This document shows, one piece after another, positions 1 through 9,140 of a stretch of 64,000 nt of DNA; the first letter of the stretch is position 1, and the number at the start of each line of letters is the position of its first letter. Under the pieces are notes generated by a model. That model was not told the DNA's origin. It did no database searches and saw only the letters and a program-made list of their open reading frames with translations. The DNA is from an uncultured Chthoniobacterales bacterium (GTDB taxonomy: Bacteria; Verrucomicrobiota; Verrucomicrobiia; Chthoniobacterales; JAATET01). Location: the NCBI GenBank assembly GCA_964247025.1, contig CAXTSM010000019.1, positions 5,049-69,048 of the forward strand, in the 5' to 3' direction. Position numbers and translations under genes: made by a program.

Positions 1-351
1 CTCCTCGCCATCCCTGGACGGCCGTTCGACCAGTCGCCCGACGACCCGGATTTCGAGCCTCTTGGCCGCAATGCCCCGGTCCGCTTCGTGACGAAGCGCC
101 TGCTCTTCGATCTCCCCGGCCTCGTCCCGCAACTCGGCCTCGCCGCGCGATCCCTCGCCGCCAAATGGGAAGGCCTCGCGCTTCTCCCGCCGTCCTCCCG
201 CCACGCCTTCCGCCTGCTCATGACCGCCGACAACGACTTCCTCGACCCTCACCCCACCTTCGACGGCATGACGCGAAGCTTCCCCCGCTCCCGGGACGCC
301 GTGCCCACGCAATTCTTCGAAATTCTCGCCAAGCGTCCGGCGATTTTCTAA
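1..351 (+). CDS. C-terminal fragment of a phytase-like esterase family protein (5' end outside the window)
   Basis: Frame 1 is open from nt 1 and runs into ORF 88..351. The tail KWEGLALLP...LLMTADNDF resembles the EGLA...sDNDF end of Phytase-like proteins (from memory). Confidence 0.45.
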   Translation, partial: LLAIPGRPFDQSPDDPDFEPLGRNAPVRFVTKRLLFDLPGLVPQLGLAARSLAAKWEGLALLPPSSRHAFRLLMTADNDFLDPHPTFDGMTRSFPRSRDAVPTQFFEILAKRPAIF

Positions 352-359
352 AGCCGGGC

Positions 360-1136
360 GTGCTCCGCGCGTTATTTTTCGACCACCCCTCGGCGCCGGC
401 CCCGCGCTCCGTCAAGATCGCGACGACCGTCATCCTGATCCTCGCGCTCGCCGCGCTCTGCTGGGCCCTGCTATCCAGCGCGACGTCGAACTGGTCCGCC
501 GTCGCCCGCTACCGCGGCGTCTTCTGGCGCGGTTGGCTGCTCACCGTCGGCATCTCCCTCGCCGCGCTGGCGCTCAGCGCCGGCGCCGGGCTGCTGCTTT
601 CGCTGGCGCGGCGCTCCTCCTTCCTGCCGCTCCGCTCGCTCGCGCTGATCTACATCGAGCTCATCCGCGGCTCTCCGCTGCTCGTGCAGATCTTGTTCTT
701 CTGGTATGTCGTCGCCGATCGCCTCCAGATCACGGACCGCCTCGTGGTCGGCACCCTGGTCCTCGCCGGCTTCAGCGCCGCCTACCTGGCGGAAATGATC
801 CGCGCCGGCATCGAGAGCGTCGGCGCCTCTCAGCTGGAATCCGCCCGCGCCATCGGCCTCACGCCGCTCCAGACCTACCGCTTCGTGATTTTTCCCCAGG
901 CCATTCGGCACCTGCTGCCCTCGCTCGCCGGACAGTTCGCCTCGCTCATCAAGGATTCGTCGCTTCTCTCGATCATCGGGCTCTCCGAGTTCACGCTCGC
1001 CGCGCAGCAGGTGAACTCCGCCACCTACAGCACCCTGGAAAGCTTCGCGCCGCTTGCCCTCGGCTACCTCGTCCTCACCCTGCCGGTCTCCGCGCTCTCC
1101 CGCTGGCTCGAACACCGATTCCGCTATGAAAATTGA
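360..1136 (+). CDS. Amino-acid ABC transporter permease (His/Glu/Gln/Arg type)
   Basis: ORF 165..1136 frame, multi-TM, with the EAA-loop region AAYLAEMIRAGIESVGASQLESARAIGL. Start moved to GTG 360 to clear the upstream gene, so the start is uncertain. Confidence 0.85.
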   Translation: MLRALFFDHPSAPAPRSVKIATTVILILALAALCWALLSSATSNWSAVARYRGVFWRGWLLTVGISLAALALSAGAGLLLSLARRSSFLPLRSLALIYIELIRGSPLLVQILFFWYVVADRLQITDRLVVGTLVLAGFSAAYLAEMIRAGIESVGASQLESARAIGLTPLQTYRFVIFPQAIRHLLPSLAGQFASLIKDSSLLSIIGLSEFTLAAQQVNSATYSTLESFAPLALGYLVLTLPVSALSRWLEHRFRYEN

Positions 1137-1857
1137 ACTCCGCGGCGTCACGAAGCGCTTCGGCGCGCAGACGGTCCTCTCCTCGCTCGACGCGTCCCTG
1201 GAGTTTCCCCACACGCTCGCGCTGATCGGTCCTTCCGGCGGGGGCAAGTCCACCCTGCTCCGCCTCCTCGCCGGGCTGCTGGCCCCGGACGAAGGCAGCA
1301 TCGCGATCGACGGAGTCACCCTGCCCGGGACCGCGGACGGCCTGCGCGCCTACCGGGCGGGCATCGGCATCGTTTTTCAGGCCTTCAACCTTTTCCCGCA
1401 TCTCTCCGCGCGCGACAACATCCTGCTCCCGCTCACGGAAGTCCACGGCTGGGCCGGACCCGCCGCCGCCGCCCGCGCGCTCGAGGTGCTCGATCGTTTC
1501 CGGCTGGCGGATCACGCCGATAAGTTTCCCGCCCAGCTTTCCGGCGGCCAGCGCCAGCGGGTGGCCATCGCCCGGGCGATCGCGATCGAGCCGCGGTTCC
1601 TTCTCTTCGACGAACCGACCTCCGCCCTGGACCCCGAGATGACCGCCGAGGTCCTCGAACTTCTCGCGGAACTCCGCGCCGAGGGCCGCACGCTGGTTCT
1701 CGTCACCCACGAGATGGGGTTCGCCCGGCACACCGCGGATACGGTGGCCTTTCTGGAAGACGGGGCGCTGGTGGAAGTCGACGAACCCGAGCGCCTTTTT
1801 CGCGAAGCCCGCCGTCCCTCGGTGCGAAGCTTTCTCGGCCGCGTCCTGCGCTATTGA
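1126..1857 (+). CDS. Amino-acid ABC transporter ATP-binding protein
   Basis: MKIELRGVTKRFG start, Walker A GPSGGGKST, signature LSGGQRQR, Walker B LLFDEPTSALD. Overlaps the permease stop by 11 nt. Confidence 0.9.
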   Translation: MKIELRGVTKRFGAQTVLSSLDASLEFPHTLALIGPSGGGKSTLLRLLAGLLAPDEGSIAIDGVTLPGTADGLRAYRAGIGIVFQAFNLFPHLSARDNILLPLTEVHGWAGPAAAARALEVLDRFRLADHADKFPAQLSGGQRQRVAIARAIAIEPRFLLFDEPTSALDPEMTAEVLELLAELRAEGRTLVLVTHEMGFARHTADTVAFLEDGALVEVDEPERLFREARRPSVRSFLGRVLRY

Positions 1858-1871
1858 GGCCTCCCGAAGAG

Positions 1872-2105
1872 GTTGTTCACATCTCGGATAAGAATTTTTT
1901 GGGAACCTCCCGTTTCTTCTTCTTCATAAAGGTGTGAATAACGCGCCGAAACCTTGTTCCTCTGTGATTTCAAGCCTGTTCCACGGGCGATCCCTCGTGT
2001 GAATGACTTCGGCGCGGGTGCGTCCCGCTGCCGATAAACCCCGAAAACGAAGCGCTCGCGCCCAAGCGCCCGCATCCATTCACGAGTTGTTCACATCTTG
2101 TGAAC
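1872..2105. repeat. 13-nt direct repeat GTTGTTCACATCT (1872-1884 and 2086-2098) bracketing an AT-richer spacer; the second copy is part of the 17-nt palindrome GTTCACA-TCT-TGTGAAC (2089-2105)
   Basis: Read directly. Further TGTGAA half-sites occur near 1933 and 2000. Confidence 0.7.
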
Positions 2106-2113
2106 GGAACCCC

Positions 2114-2647
2114 TTACGGCGTGTATTTCGCCGCGACGATCGTGGTGAAGCTCACGTAGACGATGGACGAACGGCCCTTGATCGCGGTCTGCGTCTTGCC
2201 CTTGCTCTGGCGCACGCCGATGAGTTGGGGCACGCCGCCCGCGACCGAGCCGGTGGCTTCGTAGGTGTTCTCGCGATGCTTGCGGAGACCCACCTTGACG
2301 CCTTCGAGGATCGTGATTTTCACGGAAAGGTTCGTGCCGTTCAGCGCCCCGGAAACGTTCGCGCTCTGGTTCCCGAGACGGGTGATGCTTCCGAAGGATC
2401 CGCCCGGATTCACCCCCACGGTTTGCGTGAAAACCACCCATCCGCCGCGCAGCGCCGGCACGCTCGTCTCCGTGCGATCGGAATCCGTGATGCCGGCAAG
2501 ATCGACGCCGTTGAGCGCCGCGCTCACCGCGGAGGGATCCCGCGCGTCGGAGAACTGCATCACCGCGATCTCGAGCTGGCCGGCGCGAAGCGCGGCGGAG
2601 GAGAGAAACAGCGAAAGAGCGGCGGCGAAAAGAACGGGCGTGCGCAT
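2114..2647 (-). CDS. Secreted hypothetical protein (177 aa)
   Basis: Internal ATG of ORF 2114..3307 gives the Sec signal peptide MRTPVLFAAALSLFLSSAALRA. The longer N-terminal extension runs antisense through the hydrolase gene. Confidence 0.6.
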   Translation of the reverse strand: MRTPVLFAAALSLFLSSAALRAGQLEIAVMQFSDARDPSAVSAALNGVDLAGITDSDRTETSVPALRGGWVVFTQTVGVNPGGSFGSITRLGNQSANVSGALNGTNLSVKITILEGVKVGLRKHRENTYEATGSVAGGVPQLIGVRQSKGKTQTAIKGRSSIVYVSFTTIVAAKYTP

Positions 2648-3587
2648 GCGCAAAGGCTTTCCAGAAGGCCTGGAACCATGCAACAGAAAACCCGTGAGGA
2701 TCACCGGGCAACCCGATTCCTGGACCGCGCCGGACGGAACCCGGCTCGACGTCGTGCGCTGGGTGCCCGCCGCCGGCATTCGCGCGCGCGTCGTCGCCCT
2801 GCATGGCCTGAGTTGCCGGGCCGAGGATTTCGCCCCCCTGGGCGAGGCGCTGGCCGCGCGCGGCGTGAGCGTCGCCGCGTGGAACCTGCGCGGGCAGGGA
2901 ATGGATCCGGTCCGGGCGCGCCGCGGGGCGTGGCTCGAGGTCGACGGGATGCTCGCCGACCTCGCGGCCTTTGCCGGCGAGGACGACCGCCCGCTTTTTC
3001 TTTGCGGCGAAAGCATGGGGGCGCTGCTCGCCATCCAGGCGGCGAGCCGCGATCCCTGGCGGCGGCGGCTGGCGGGAGTCCTGCTTTTCGTTCCGGTGGT
3101 CGGGCTCGCGCAAAAAAACCCCGCCTGGATCAAGCCGCTCCTGCGCGGCCTCGCGACGATCGCGCCGAACCTGCGGGTGAAGCCGGGCTGGTTCGTGCAC
3201 GGCGCCGCCTCGATGCCGAAGCTCACCCGCGTCGCCGCGCGCCAGCACGAGCTTGCCACGGCGCCGCATCGCCTCGGGCCGCTCGGCATCGGCTTTCTCC
3301 TGCGCATGGGCGCGTTGATCGATGGCGCGGCGACCCTGGCCCCGCGATTGGAAATTCCCGTCGCGCTGTTTTCCGCCGGGCACGACGCGTTCCTGGAAAC
3401 GGAGCAGACCGACGCGTTTTTCGCGCAAATCGCGTCGGCCGATAAAATTCGGTTTCATTACGCGGAAAGTTTTCACCAGCTGCTCTTCGAGCTGAACACC
3501 GCGCAGGTCGTGGCCGACGCGGGCGCCTGGATCGAGGCGCTCCTCGAACGATACGGGTTTCGGCCGGAGAAATCGCCGCCCGTTTAG
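2646..3587 (+). CDS. Alpha/beta hydrolase (lysophospholipase / monoacylglycerol-lipase-like)
   Basis: ORF 2265..3587 frame from MRKGFPEG. Has the HG oxyanion motif (VVALHGLS) and nucleophile elbow GESMGA. Start uncertain. Confidence 0.8.
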   Translation: MRKGFPEGLEPCNRKPVRITGQPDSWTAPDGTRLDVVRWVPAAGIRARVVALHGLSCRAEDFAPLGEALAARGVSVAAWNLRGQGMDPVRARRGAWLEVDGMLADLAAFAGEDDRPLFLCGESMGALLAIQAASRDPWRRRLAGVLLFVPVVGLAQKNPAWIKPLLRGLATIAPNLRVKPGWFVHGAASMPKLTRVAARQHELATAPHRLGPLGIGFLLRMGALIDGAATLAPRLEIPVALFSAGHDAFLETEQTDAFFAQIASADKIRFHYAESFHQLLFELNTAQVVADAGAWIEALLERYGFRPEKSPPV

Positions 3588-5488
3588 TCGAACATCGCGG
3601 CGATCACGCCCGCGTATTTGTCGGTCACGATATGACGACGGATCTTCAGCGTCGCGGTGAGCTCGTCGCCGGTCTCGAAGGCTTTCGGCACGAAGCGCCA
3701 GGCGGCCACCCGCTCGAAGGACTTGAAGCCGGCCCCCGTCCCCGCGAGCCGGCGGATCTCGGCGTCCACCAGCGGGCGGACGGCCGGATTTTCCCCGAGC
3801 GAGGTGGCGGAATCGGCCGCGATGCCGGCGGCGCGGAAGGCTTCCAGGTGAGGCACGATCAGGGCGCCGAGGAATTTCCGGTCCTGCCCGACGACCATGC
3901 ATTGATCGATGAGCGTGGATTCCGTCAGCCGGTTCTCGATCGGCAGCGGCTCGACGTTTTCCCCGCTCAGCAGGACGATGGTGTCCTTGGAGCGGCCGAC
4001 GATTTTCAGGCAGTCGTTGAACGTGACGAGGCCGATGTCGCCGGTGTTCAGCCAGCCATCCTTCCGGATGCGCGCGGTGCCGGCTGGATCCTTGTAGTAG
4101 CCGGCCATGATCTGGGGGCCGCGGGCGTGAATCTCGCCGCGCCGGCCCCGCCCGCGCGACGGATCCGCCGGGTCCGGATACAGCGTCCCGCCGGTGTTGA
4201 GGTCGACGATGCGCACCTCGGTGCCGGGATACGGCGGGCCGACGGTGCCGATCACGAGATTCTTCCACGTGCGCACCGCCAGCACCGGCGACGTTTCCGT
4301 GAGGCCGTAACCTTCGAGCACGGGGATGCCGATGAAGTTGAAGAACTCGTCGACATGCGGCTGAAGCGCGCCGCCGCCGCTGATCGTGCCGCGAAATTCC
4401 CCGCCCACCACGGCGCGGAGTTTCTTCAGGACGACGCCGTCGAGGACGAGATACGGGATCGTGAAGACCACGAGATTTGCGAGGTGCATCGCGGCGAAGG
4501 CGAGGGATCGCGGCCGAGTGCGGCCGGTGACGTCGAGCTGCTGGCCGGCGAAAAATCGCCGCGCCCGCATCACGCGCACGGCGCTGCGGTAGGCGAGATT
4601 GAACAGCGCGCGCCGGAGCGGCGGAGCCTTCTCGACGTTCGCGAAGATCTTGAGGTAGAGATTCTCCCACAGCCGCGGCGCGGAGCACATCACGGTCGGC
4701 TTGACCGTGCGCAAATCCTCCGCAAGGTGCCGGATCGTCGTGTAGTAGGAGCACACGGCGCGACTCATCGCGAGCATCTCGAACGCGCGCTCGTAGCTGT
4801 GCCAGATCGGCATCACGGACAGCGCGCGGTCGCCGCCGCGCAGCTCGAGGGGCAGGTTGCGAATCTGCGAGACCATGTTCGCATGCGTGAGCTGCACGCC
4901 CTTCGGAGTGCCGGTCGTGCCCGACGTGTAGATGATCGTAAAAAGGTCCTCCGGCCGGATCTCCGCCGTGCGCGCCTCGGCCCGGCGGTCGCCGCGATCG
5001 CGCAATCCCCGCCCGCGCGCCTCGACGTCGGACAGCCGCGCCGCGCCGTCGCCGCCCGCGAAGGCCGGGTCCATCACGATCACCACGCGCAGGTTCGCGG
5101 CGCCGCTTCGGCGAAGCTTCGCGAGCGTGGCGGCGTTCTCGACGAAGGTCACGCGCGCGTCGGCGTGCTCGAGGATGTAGCGGATCTCCCCCTCGGTGAC
5201 GTCGGTGCCGCGCGGCACGTCGGCCGCCCCGCAGAGCTGCACCGCGCCGTCGGCGACGATCCATTCCAGGCGGTTGTCGGCGAGCAGCCCCACGTGCTCG
5301 CGCGCCTCGACGCCGAGGTCGATCAATCCCGTCGCCAGATCGAGCACGCGGTCGTGGAGGACGCGGAAGCTGGTGAAGACGAACGAGCCGTCCTTTTGCC
5401 GGGACGCGAACGCCGGGGCGTCGCCGAAAGCCTGCGCGGCGTCGCGGAAAAGCTCCGCGATGTTCCGGGGGACGACGCTTTGACTCAT
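3584..5488 (-). CDS. Long-chain acyl-CoA synthetase (AMP-binding family)
   Basis: 634-aa ORF with the AMP-binding motif IIYTSGTTGTPKGV, plus TGD and EPLPIE-type C-terminal motifs. Confidence 0.9.
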   Translation of the reverse strand: MSQSVVPRNIAELFRDAAQAFGDAPAFASRQKDGSFVFTSFRVLHDRVLDLATGLIDLGVEAREHVGLLADNRLEWIVADGAVQLCGAADVPRGTDVTEGEIRYILEHADARVTFVENAATLAKLRRSGAANLRVVIVMDPAFAGGDGAARLSDVEARGRGLRDRGDRRAEARTAEIRPEDLFTIIYTSGTTGTPKGVQLTHANMVSQIRNLPLELRGGDRALSVMPIWHSYERAFEMLAMSRAVCSYYTTIRHLAEDLRTVKPTVMCSAPRLWENLYLKIFANVEKAPPLRRALFNLAYRSAVRVMRARRFFAGQQLDVTGRTRPRSLAFAAMHLANLVVFTIPYLVLDGVVLKKLRAVVGGEFRGTISGGGALQPHVDEFFNFIGIPVLEGYGLTETSPVLAVRTWKNLVIGTVGPPYPGTEVRIVDLNTGGTLYPDPADPSRGRGRRGEIHARGPQIMAGYYKDPAGTARIRKDGWLNTGDIGLVTFNDCLKIVGRSKDTIVLLSGENVEPLPIENRLTESTLIDQCMVVGQDRKFLGALIVPHLEAFRAAGIAADSATSLGENPAVRPLVDAEIRRLAGTGAGFKSFERVAAWRFVPKAFETGDELTATLKIRRHIVTDKYAGVIAAMFD

Positions 5489-5506
5489 GAGGGAAAAAAT
5501 CGTCGG

Positions 5507-5758
5507 CTAGCCCGGGGAGGTCGGCGCGCCCGGCGCGGACCCGGCGTCGCGAAACGTGATGCGCGCCTTCGTGAGATCGTAGGGCGACAGCTCGACCGTG
5601 ACGGCGTCGCCCGGCACGATGCGGATGAAGTGTTTGCGCATTTTTCCGGAGATATGGGCGAGGACGACGTGGCCGTTGGGAAGTTTCACGCGGAACATCG
5701 TTCCCGGCAAAACGTCGGTCACCACGCCCGGGCTTTCGATGGCATCTTCCTTGGCCAT
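5507..5758 (-). CDS. infA: Translation initiation factor IF-1 with a short Pro/Gly-rich C-terminal tail
   Basis: [70 protein letters not shown] is the canonical S1-fold IF-1. Start is at the internal ATG. Confidence 0.9.
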   Translation of the reverse strand: MAKEDAIESPGVVTDVLPGTMFRVKLPNGHVVLAHISGKMRKHFIRIVPGDAVTVELSPYDLTKARITFRDAGSAPGAPTSPG

Positions 5759-5774
5759 GACGTCGGCGGGTATA

Positions 5775-6872
5775 TTACGACGCGGGTTCGAAATCAACCC
5801 ATCTCACGAGCGAACCCAGATTCGGCAGGCCCTCGGCGTGCCAGGTGAACGCCGGAAATTGCATCCGCCCCAGCGCGCAGACGCGCGACGCGCCGAGGGC
5901 CGCCACCCGGTCCGCGTGCGCGAGCGTGGCCGGAAAAATCCCGATCGCGCCGAGCCACGGTCGCACGGGGTCGAGCGCCATGGCGAGGTCCGCCGGCAGC
6001 GGCTTGACGAAGATCACGCGGTTCAGCGGCGAGGTGGCGAACCACGGGTCGTCCTCGTAGATCACCGTCCAATCGGTCGACGCCTCGCTGCTCCAGATCT
6101 GCACGCGCAGGTCGTTCGCGGCGCGGAACCCGTAACCCGCGCGGAGGTCGGCGATCGCGGCGTTTCCGCCCACGTCCAGCGGCCGGCGCGGAGTGTGGCG
6201 ATCGAACGCCTCCATGGCTTCGGCCAGCCGGGCGGCGTAGGTGCGCGCGGAGATTCCCGCCGATTCGTCCACGTAGATGTCGTGCGGCGACAGGCAGCCC
6301 TGCTGGTCGTAGAGCGAAACGTCGCGGGCGGCTTCCGCGACGGAAGCGTAATCCGGATCGGCGAACACGATCCCGACGCTGACCCGGTGGCCGTGGGCCT
6401 GGAACGGGATTCCGGCCGCCGCGCGGGATCGAAAATGGGCGATTGTTTGATCGTCGCCGAAGACGACGACCGCCTCCGCTTCCCGCAGCCAGCTCGCGGG
6501 GAGGTCGACCGTCGTCTCCACGCGGGCGGCGAGCTCCGGCGGCAGGGTGGCGAGGAATTCCGCGACCTCCGGGAGGCCGGCGGACGGCAACTTCACGCGG
6601 TTGCGCGCGCCGAGCAGCAGCCCGCGCAGGAGGCTTTGCAGCGCGGCGTGCGGCGTGTTTCCGCTCACGACGTGGAGAACGTTCGCGGGCGCGATCGCGC
6701 GCGCCAGATGGCCGCCGTAGGGGCGAAAGCCGTCGAGGATTTCCGGGTGGCCGAGCTCCCGCTCGACGAGCCGGAGCAGATCCTCCGCCGAGATGCGGCC
6801 GAGGAGGGGGAAACCGGCGGCGCTTCCGGCGAGATGCTTCGCGCGCCACGCGGTCGGGAAGCGGGTGTCCAT
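5775..6872 (-). CDS. LuxC-like acyl-CoA reductase family protein
   Basis: 365-aa ORF. The overall pattern ([15 protein letters not shown] ... [10 protein letters not shown]) recalls the LuxC / aldehyde-dehydrogenase-like fold with a catalytic Cys. Assignment is from memory. Confidence 0.6.
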   Translation of the reverse strand: MDTRFPTAWRAKHLAGSAAGFPLLGRISAEDLLRLVERELGHPEILDGFRPYGGHLARAIAPANVLHVVSGNTPHAALQSLLRGLLLGARNRVKLPSAGLPEVAEFLATLPPELAARVETTVDLPASWLREAEAVVVFGDDQTIAHFRSRAAAGIPFQAHGHRVSVGIVFADPDYASVAEAARDVSLYDQQGCLSPHDIYVDESAGISARTYAARLAEAMEAFDRHTPRRPLDVGGNAAIADLRAGYGFRAANDLRVQIWSSEASTDWTVIYEDDPWFATSPLNRVIFVKPLPADLAMALDPVRPWLGAIGIFPATLAHADRVAALGASRVCALGRMQFPAFTWHAEGLPNLGSLVRWVDFEPAS

Positions 6873-6961
6873 GGTTCGGGAAACGGTAAGGCAAGACGCG
6901 GCGCGAGATCGAGGATTACGATTTCATGGCGGTCGGTCGGGCGTTCGACTAACGCTGGCGG

Positions 6962-7834
6962 ATGCGAAAACTCTTCCGGATTCGGACGGCCTGGGCCCTC
7001 GGCGGGTGGTTGGTCTGCGTTTCCTTCCTTGGCGCGAAAACGCCCGCGCTCGAGGTGGCCACCTTCAATCTTCGCTTCGCCAATCCCGCGGACGGCGCGA
7101 ACCAGTGGGCCAACCGCCGGCCGCTCGTGACGAAAATGTTCGCGGACGAAAAGATCGATGTCGCGGGTCTTCAGGAAGCGCTGGCCCTCCAGGTCCGGGA
7201 CCTCGAGCGCGCGCTGCCCGATTACGCCTGGATCGGCGTCGGGCGCGACGACGGCAAGAACGGGGGCGAGTTCAACCCGATCTTCTATCGCCGGGACCGC
7301 CTCGAGCCCGGGGCCAGCGGGACGTTCTGGCTTTCCGCCACGCCCGAGAAGGCCGGCAGCATGGGGTGGGACGCGGCTTGTCCGCGGGTCGCGACGTGGG
7401 CCGTCTTCCGCGATCGCCGGACGGGGCGGCGGATTTTTTTTCTGAACACGCATCTCGATCATCGCGGGCCGAAGGCGCGCCGCGAGGCGGCGAAGCTCCT
7501 CGTCCGGAAGATCGCGGCCTTGAGCGAAGGCCGGCCCGTCGTCGTGACGGGCGACTTCAATTCCTCCGCGGATTCGCCGGAGCTGGCGGCGCTTTTTGCC
7601 GGCGGCCCGGGAGCGTTGCGCGCGGGCGGAGAGGTCGCGGCGACGTTCAACGGCTTCGACGCGCAGGCCGCCGACCACGTGATCGACCATATCCTGGTCG
7701 GCGCGGGAATCGCGGTCAGCCGCTACCGGGCGCCGCGGATCATGAAGGATGGCGTCTTCGTCTCGGACCATTGGCCCGTGCTGGGAGACGTGGAAATTTC
7801 CTCCGGTCTTGAGCCGCGCGGGGCGGGGCGGTAA
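6962..7834 (+). CDS. Endonuclease/exonuclease/phosphatase (EEP) family protein, secreted
   Basis: Signal-peptide-like N-terminus. EEP motifs are VATFNLRF, GLQEA, NTHLDH, TGDFNS and SDHWPV. Confidence 0.8.
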   Translation: MRKLFRIRTAWALGGWLVCVSFLGAKTPALEVATFNLRFANPADGANQWANRRPLVTKMFADEKIDVAGLQEALALQVRDLERALPDYAWIGVGRDDGKNGGEFNPIFYRRDRLEPGASGTFWLSATPEKAGSMGWDAACPRVATWAVFRDRRTGRRIFFLNTHLDHRGPKARREAAKLLVRKIAALSEGRPVVVTGDFNSSADSPELAALFAGGPGALRAGGEVAATFNGFDAQAADHVIDHILVGAGIAVSRYRAPRIMKDGVFVSDHWPVLGDVEISSGLEPRGAGR

Positions 7835-7846
7835 ACACGCGTCGCC

Positions 7847-9082
7847 GTGAAAGACTCGCCGCCGCTTCGCGAAATCCTGCAGCCCGCCGTCATCGTCGGC
7901 GCGCTCGGTTATTTCGTGGATATCTACGACCTCACGCTGTTCGTTTCGGTGCGCACGCCGAGCCTGAAGGCGCTCGGTTTCTCCGGCGCGCAACTCGTCG
8001 ACCTCGGCCTCTGGCTCGCGAACGTGCAGATGATCGGCATGCTGCTGGGCGGCATTTTTTTCGGCGTGCTCGGCGACCGGCTCGGGCGCGTGTCGCTGCT
8101 GTTCGGGTCGATCGTTCTCTACTCGACCGCGAACGTCCTGAACGGCTTCGTCACCGAGCTCTGGCAGTATGAGGCGCTGCGGTTCATCGCGGGCGTCGGG
8201 CTTGCGGGGGAACTCGGCGGCAGCATCACGCTCGTGTCCGAAATCCTCTCGAAGGAGGCGCGCGCCTGGGGCACGACCGTCGTCGCGACGGTCGGCGTGA
8301 GCGGCGCCGTGGTCGGCGGCTGGGTCGCGCAGCACCTCGACTGGCGCGTCGCGTATTTCCTGGGCGGCGGCCTCGGGTTCGCGCTGCTCGGGCTTCGCGT
8401 CACGGTGGCGGAGTCCGGCCTGTATCGCGCGCTGCGGCGGACGAAGGCCGGCGTGCCGCGCGGGAAATTTCTCTCGCTCTTCACGAGCCGGGAGCGGTTC
8501 TCGAAATATTTGCGGTGCATCCTCATTGGCCTGCCCAGCTGGTTCGTGGTGGGCGTGCTGGTGGCGTTCTCGCCCGAGTTCGCCCGGCAGCTCGGCGTGC
8601 GGGGCGAGGTGGCGGCGGGATTCGCGGTGTCGAGCGTGTATCTCGGCCTCACCGTCGGCGACCTCGCGAGCGGCGCGCTCAGCCAGCTTTTTCGATCGCG
8701 GAAGAAAATCGTCGCGGCGTTTCTGGGCGTCACGCTGGCGACGGGCGCGGCCTACTTCCTCGCCCGCGGAGTGACGAGCGCGGTGTTCTACGGGATTATT
8801 TTCACGATCGGCTTGGGCATCGGTTACTGGGCGCTGTTCGTGACGATCGCGGCGGAGCAGTTCGGCACGAACATTCGCTCGACCGTCGCGACCACGGTGC
8901 CGAATTTCGTCCGCGGCTCGCTGGTGCCGATCACGATGGGCTTTGCCGCGCTGAAGGGGCCGATGGGGATGATCCCCGCCGCGATCGTGGTCGGGCTGGT
9001 TTGCCTCGGGATCGCGGCCTGGGCGCTCGCGGGGCTGCCGGAAACGCACGGCAAGGATCTCGATTACCTCGAGCCCATTTAA
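7847..9082 (+). CDS. MFS transporter
   Basis: 411 aa with about 12 TM segments and GDRLGR in loop 2-3. GTG start. Confidence 0.85.
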   Translation: MKDSPPLREILQPAVIVGALGYFVDIYDLTLFVSVRTPSLKALGFSGAQLVDLGLWLANVQMIGMLLGGIFFGVLGDRLGRVSLLFGSIVLYSTANVLNGFVTELWQYEALRFIAGVGLAGELGGSITLVSEILSKEARAWGTTVVATVGVSGAVVGGWVAQHLDWRVAYFLGGGLGFALLGLRVTVAESGLYRALRRTKAGVPRGKFLSLFTSRERFSKYLRCILIGLPSWFVVGVLVAFSPEFARQLGVRGEVAAGFAVSSVYLGLTVGDLASGALSQLFRSRKKIVAAFLGVTLATGAAYFLARGVTSAVFYGIIFTIGLGIGYWALFVTIAAEQFGTNIRSTVATTVPNFVRGSLVPITMGFAALKGPMGMIPAAIVVGLVCLGIAAWALAGLPETHGKDLDYLEPI

Positions 9083-9140
9083 GCCGGCGGCCGGAGCTTC
9101 GGCGCTTGATTTCCGCCCCCTGCGCGGCTGGAGTGGCGCC

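Noticed and set aside
165-359. N-terminal extension of the ABC permease ORF (start at 165)
   Set aside because: It overlaps the upstream gene by ~190 nt and translates to a Pro/Arg-rich non-membrane sequence. The permease homology begins after ~360.
2091-5264. 1057-aa ORF on the minus strand (and similar ORFs 3632..5848 +, 2003..3445 +)
   Set aside because: It is Arg/Pro/Gly-rich low-complexity translation. It runs off-frame or antisense through well-supported genes (acyl-CoA synthetase, hydrolase), which is typical of open frames in very G+C-rich DNA.
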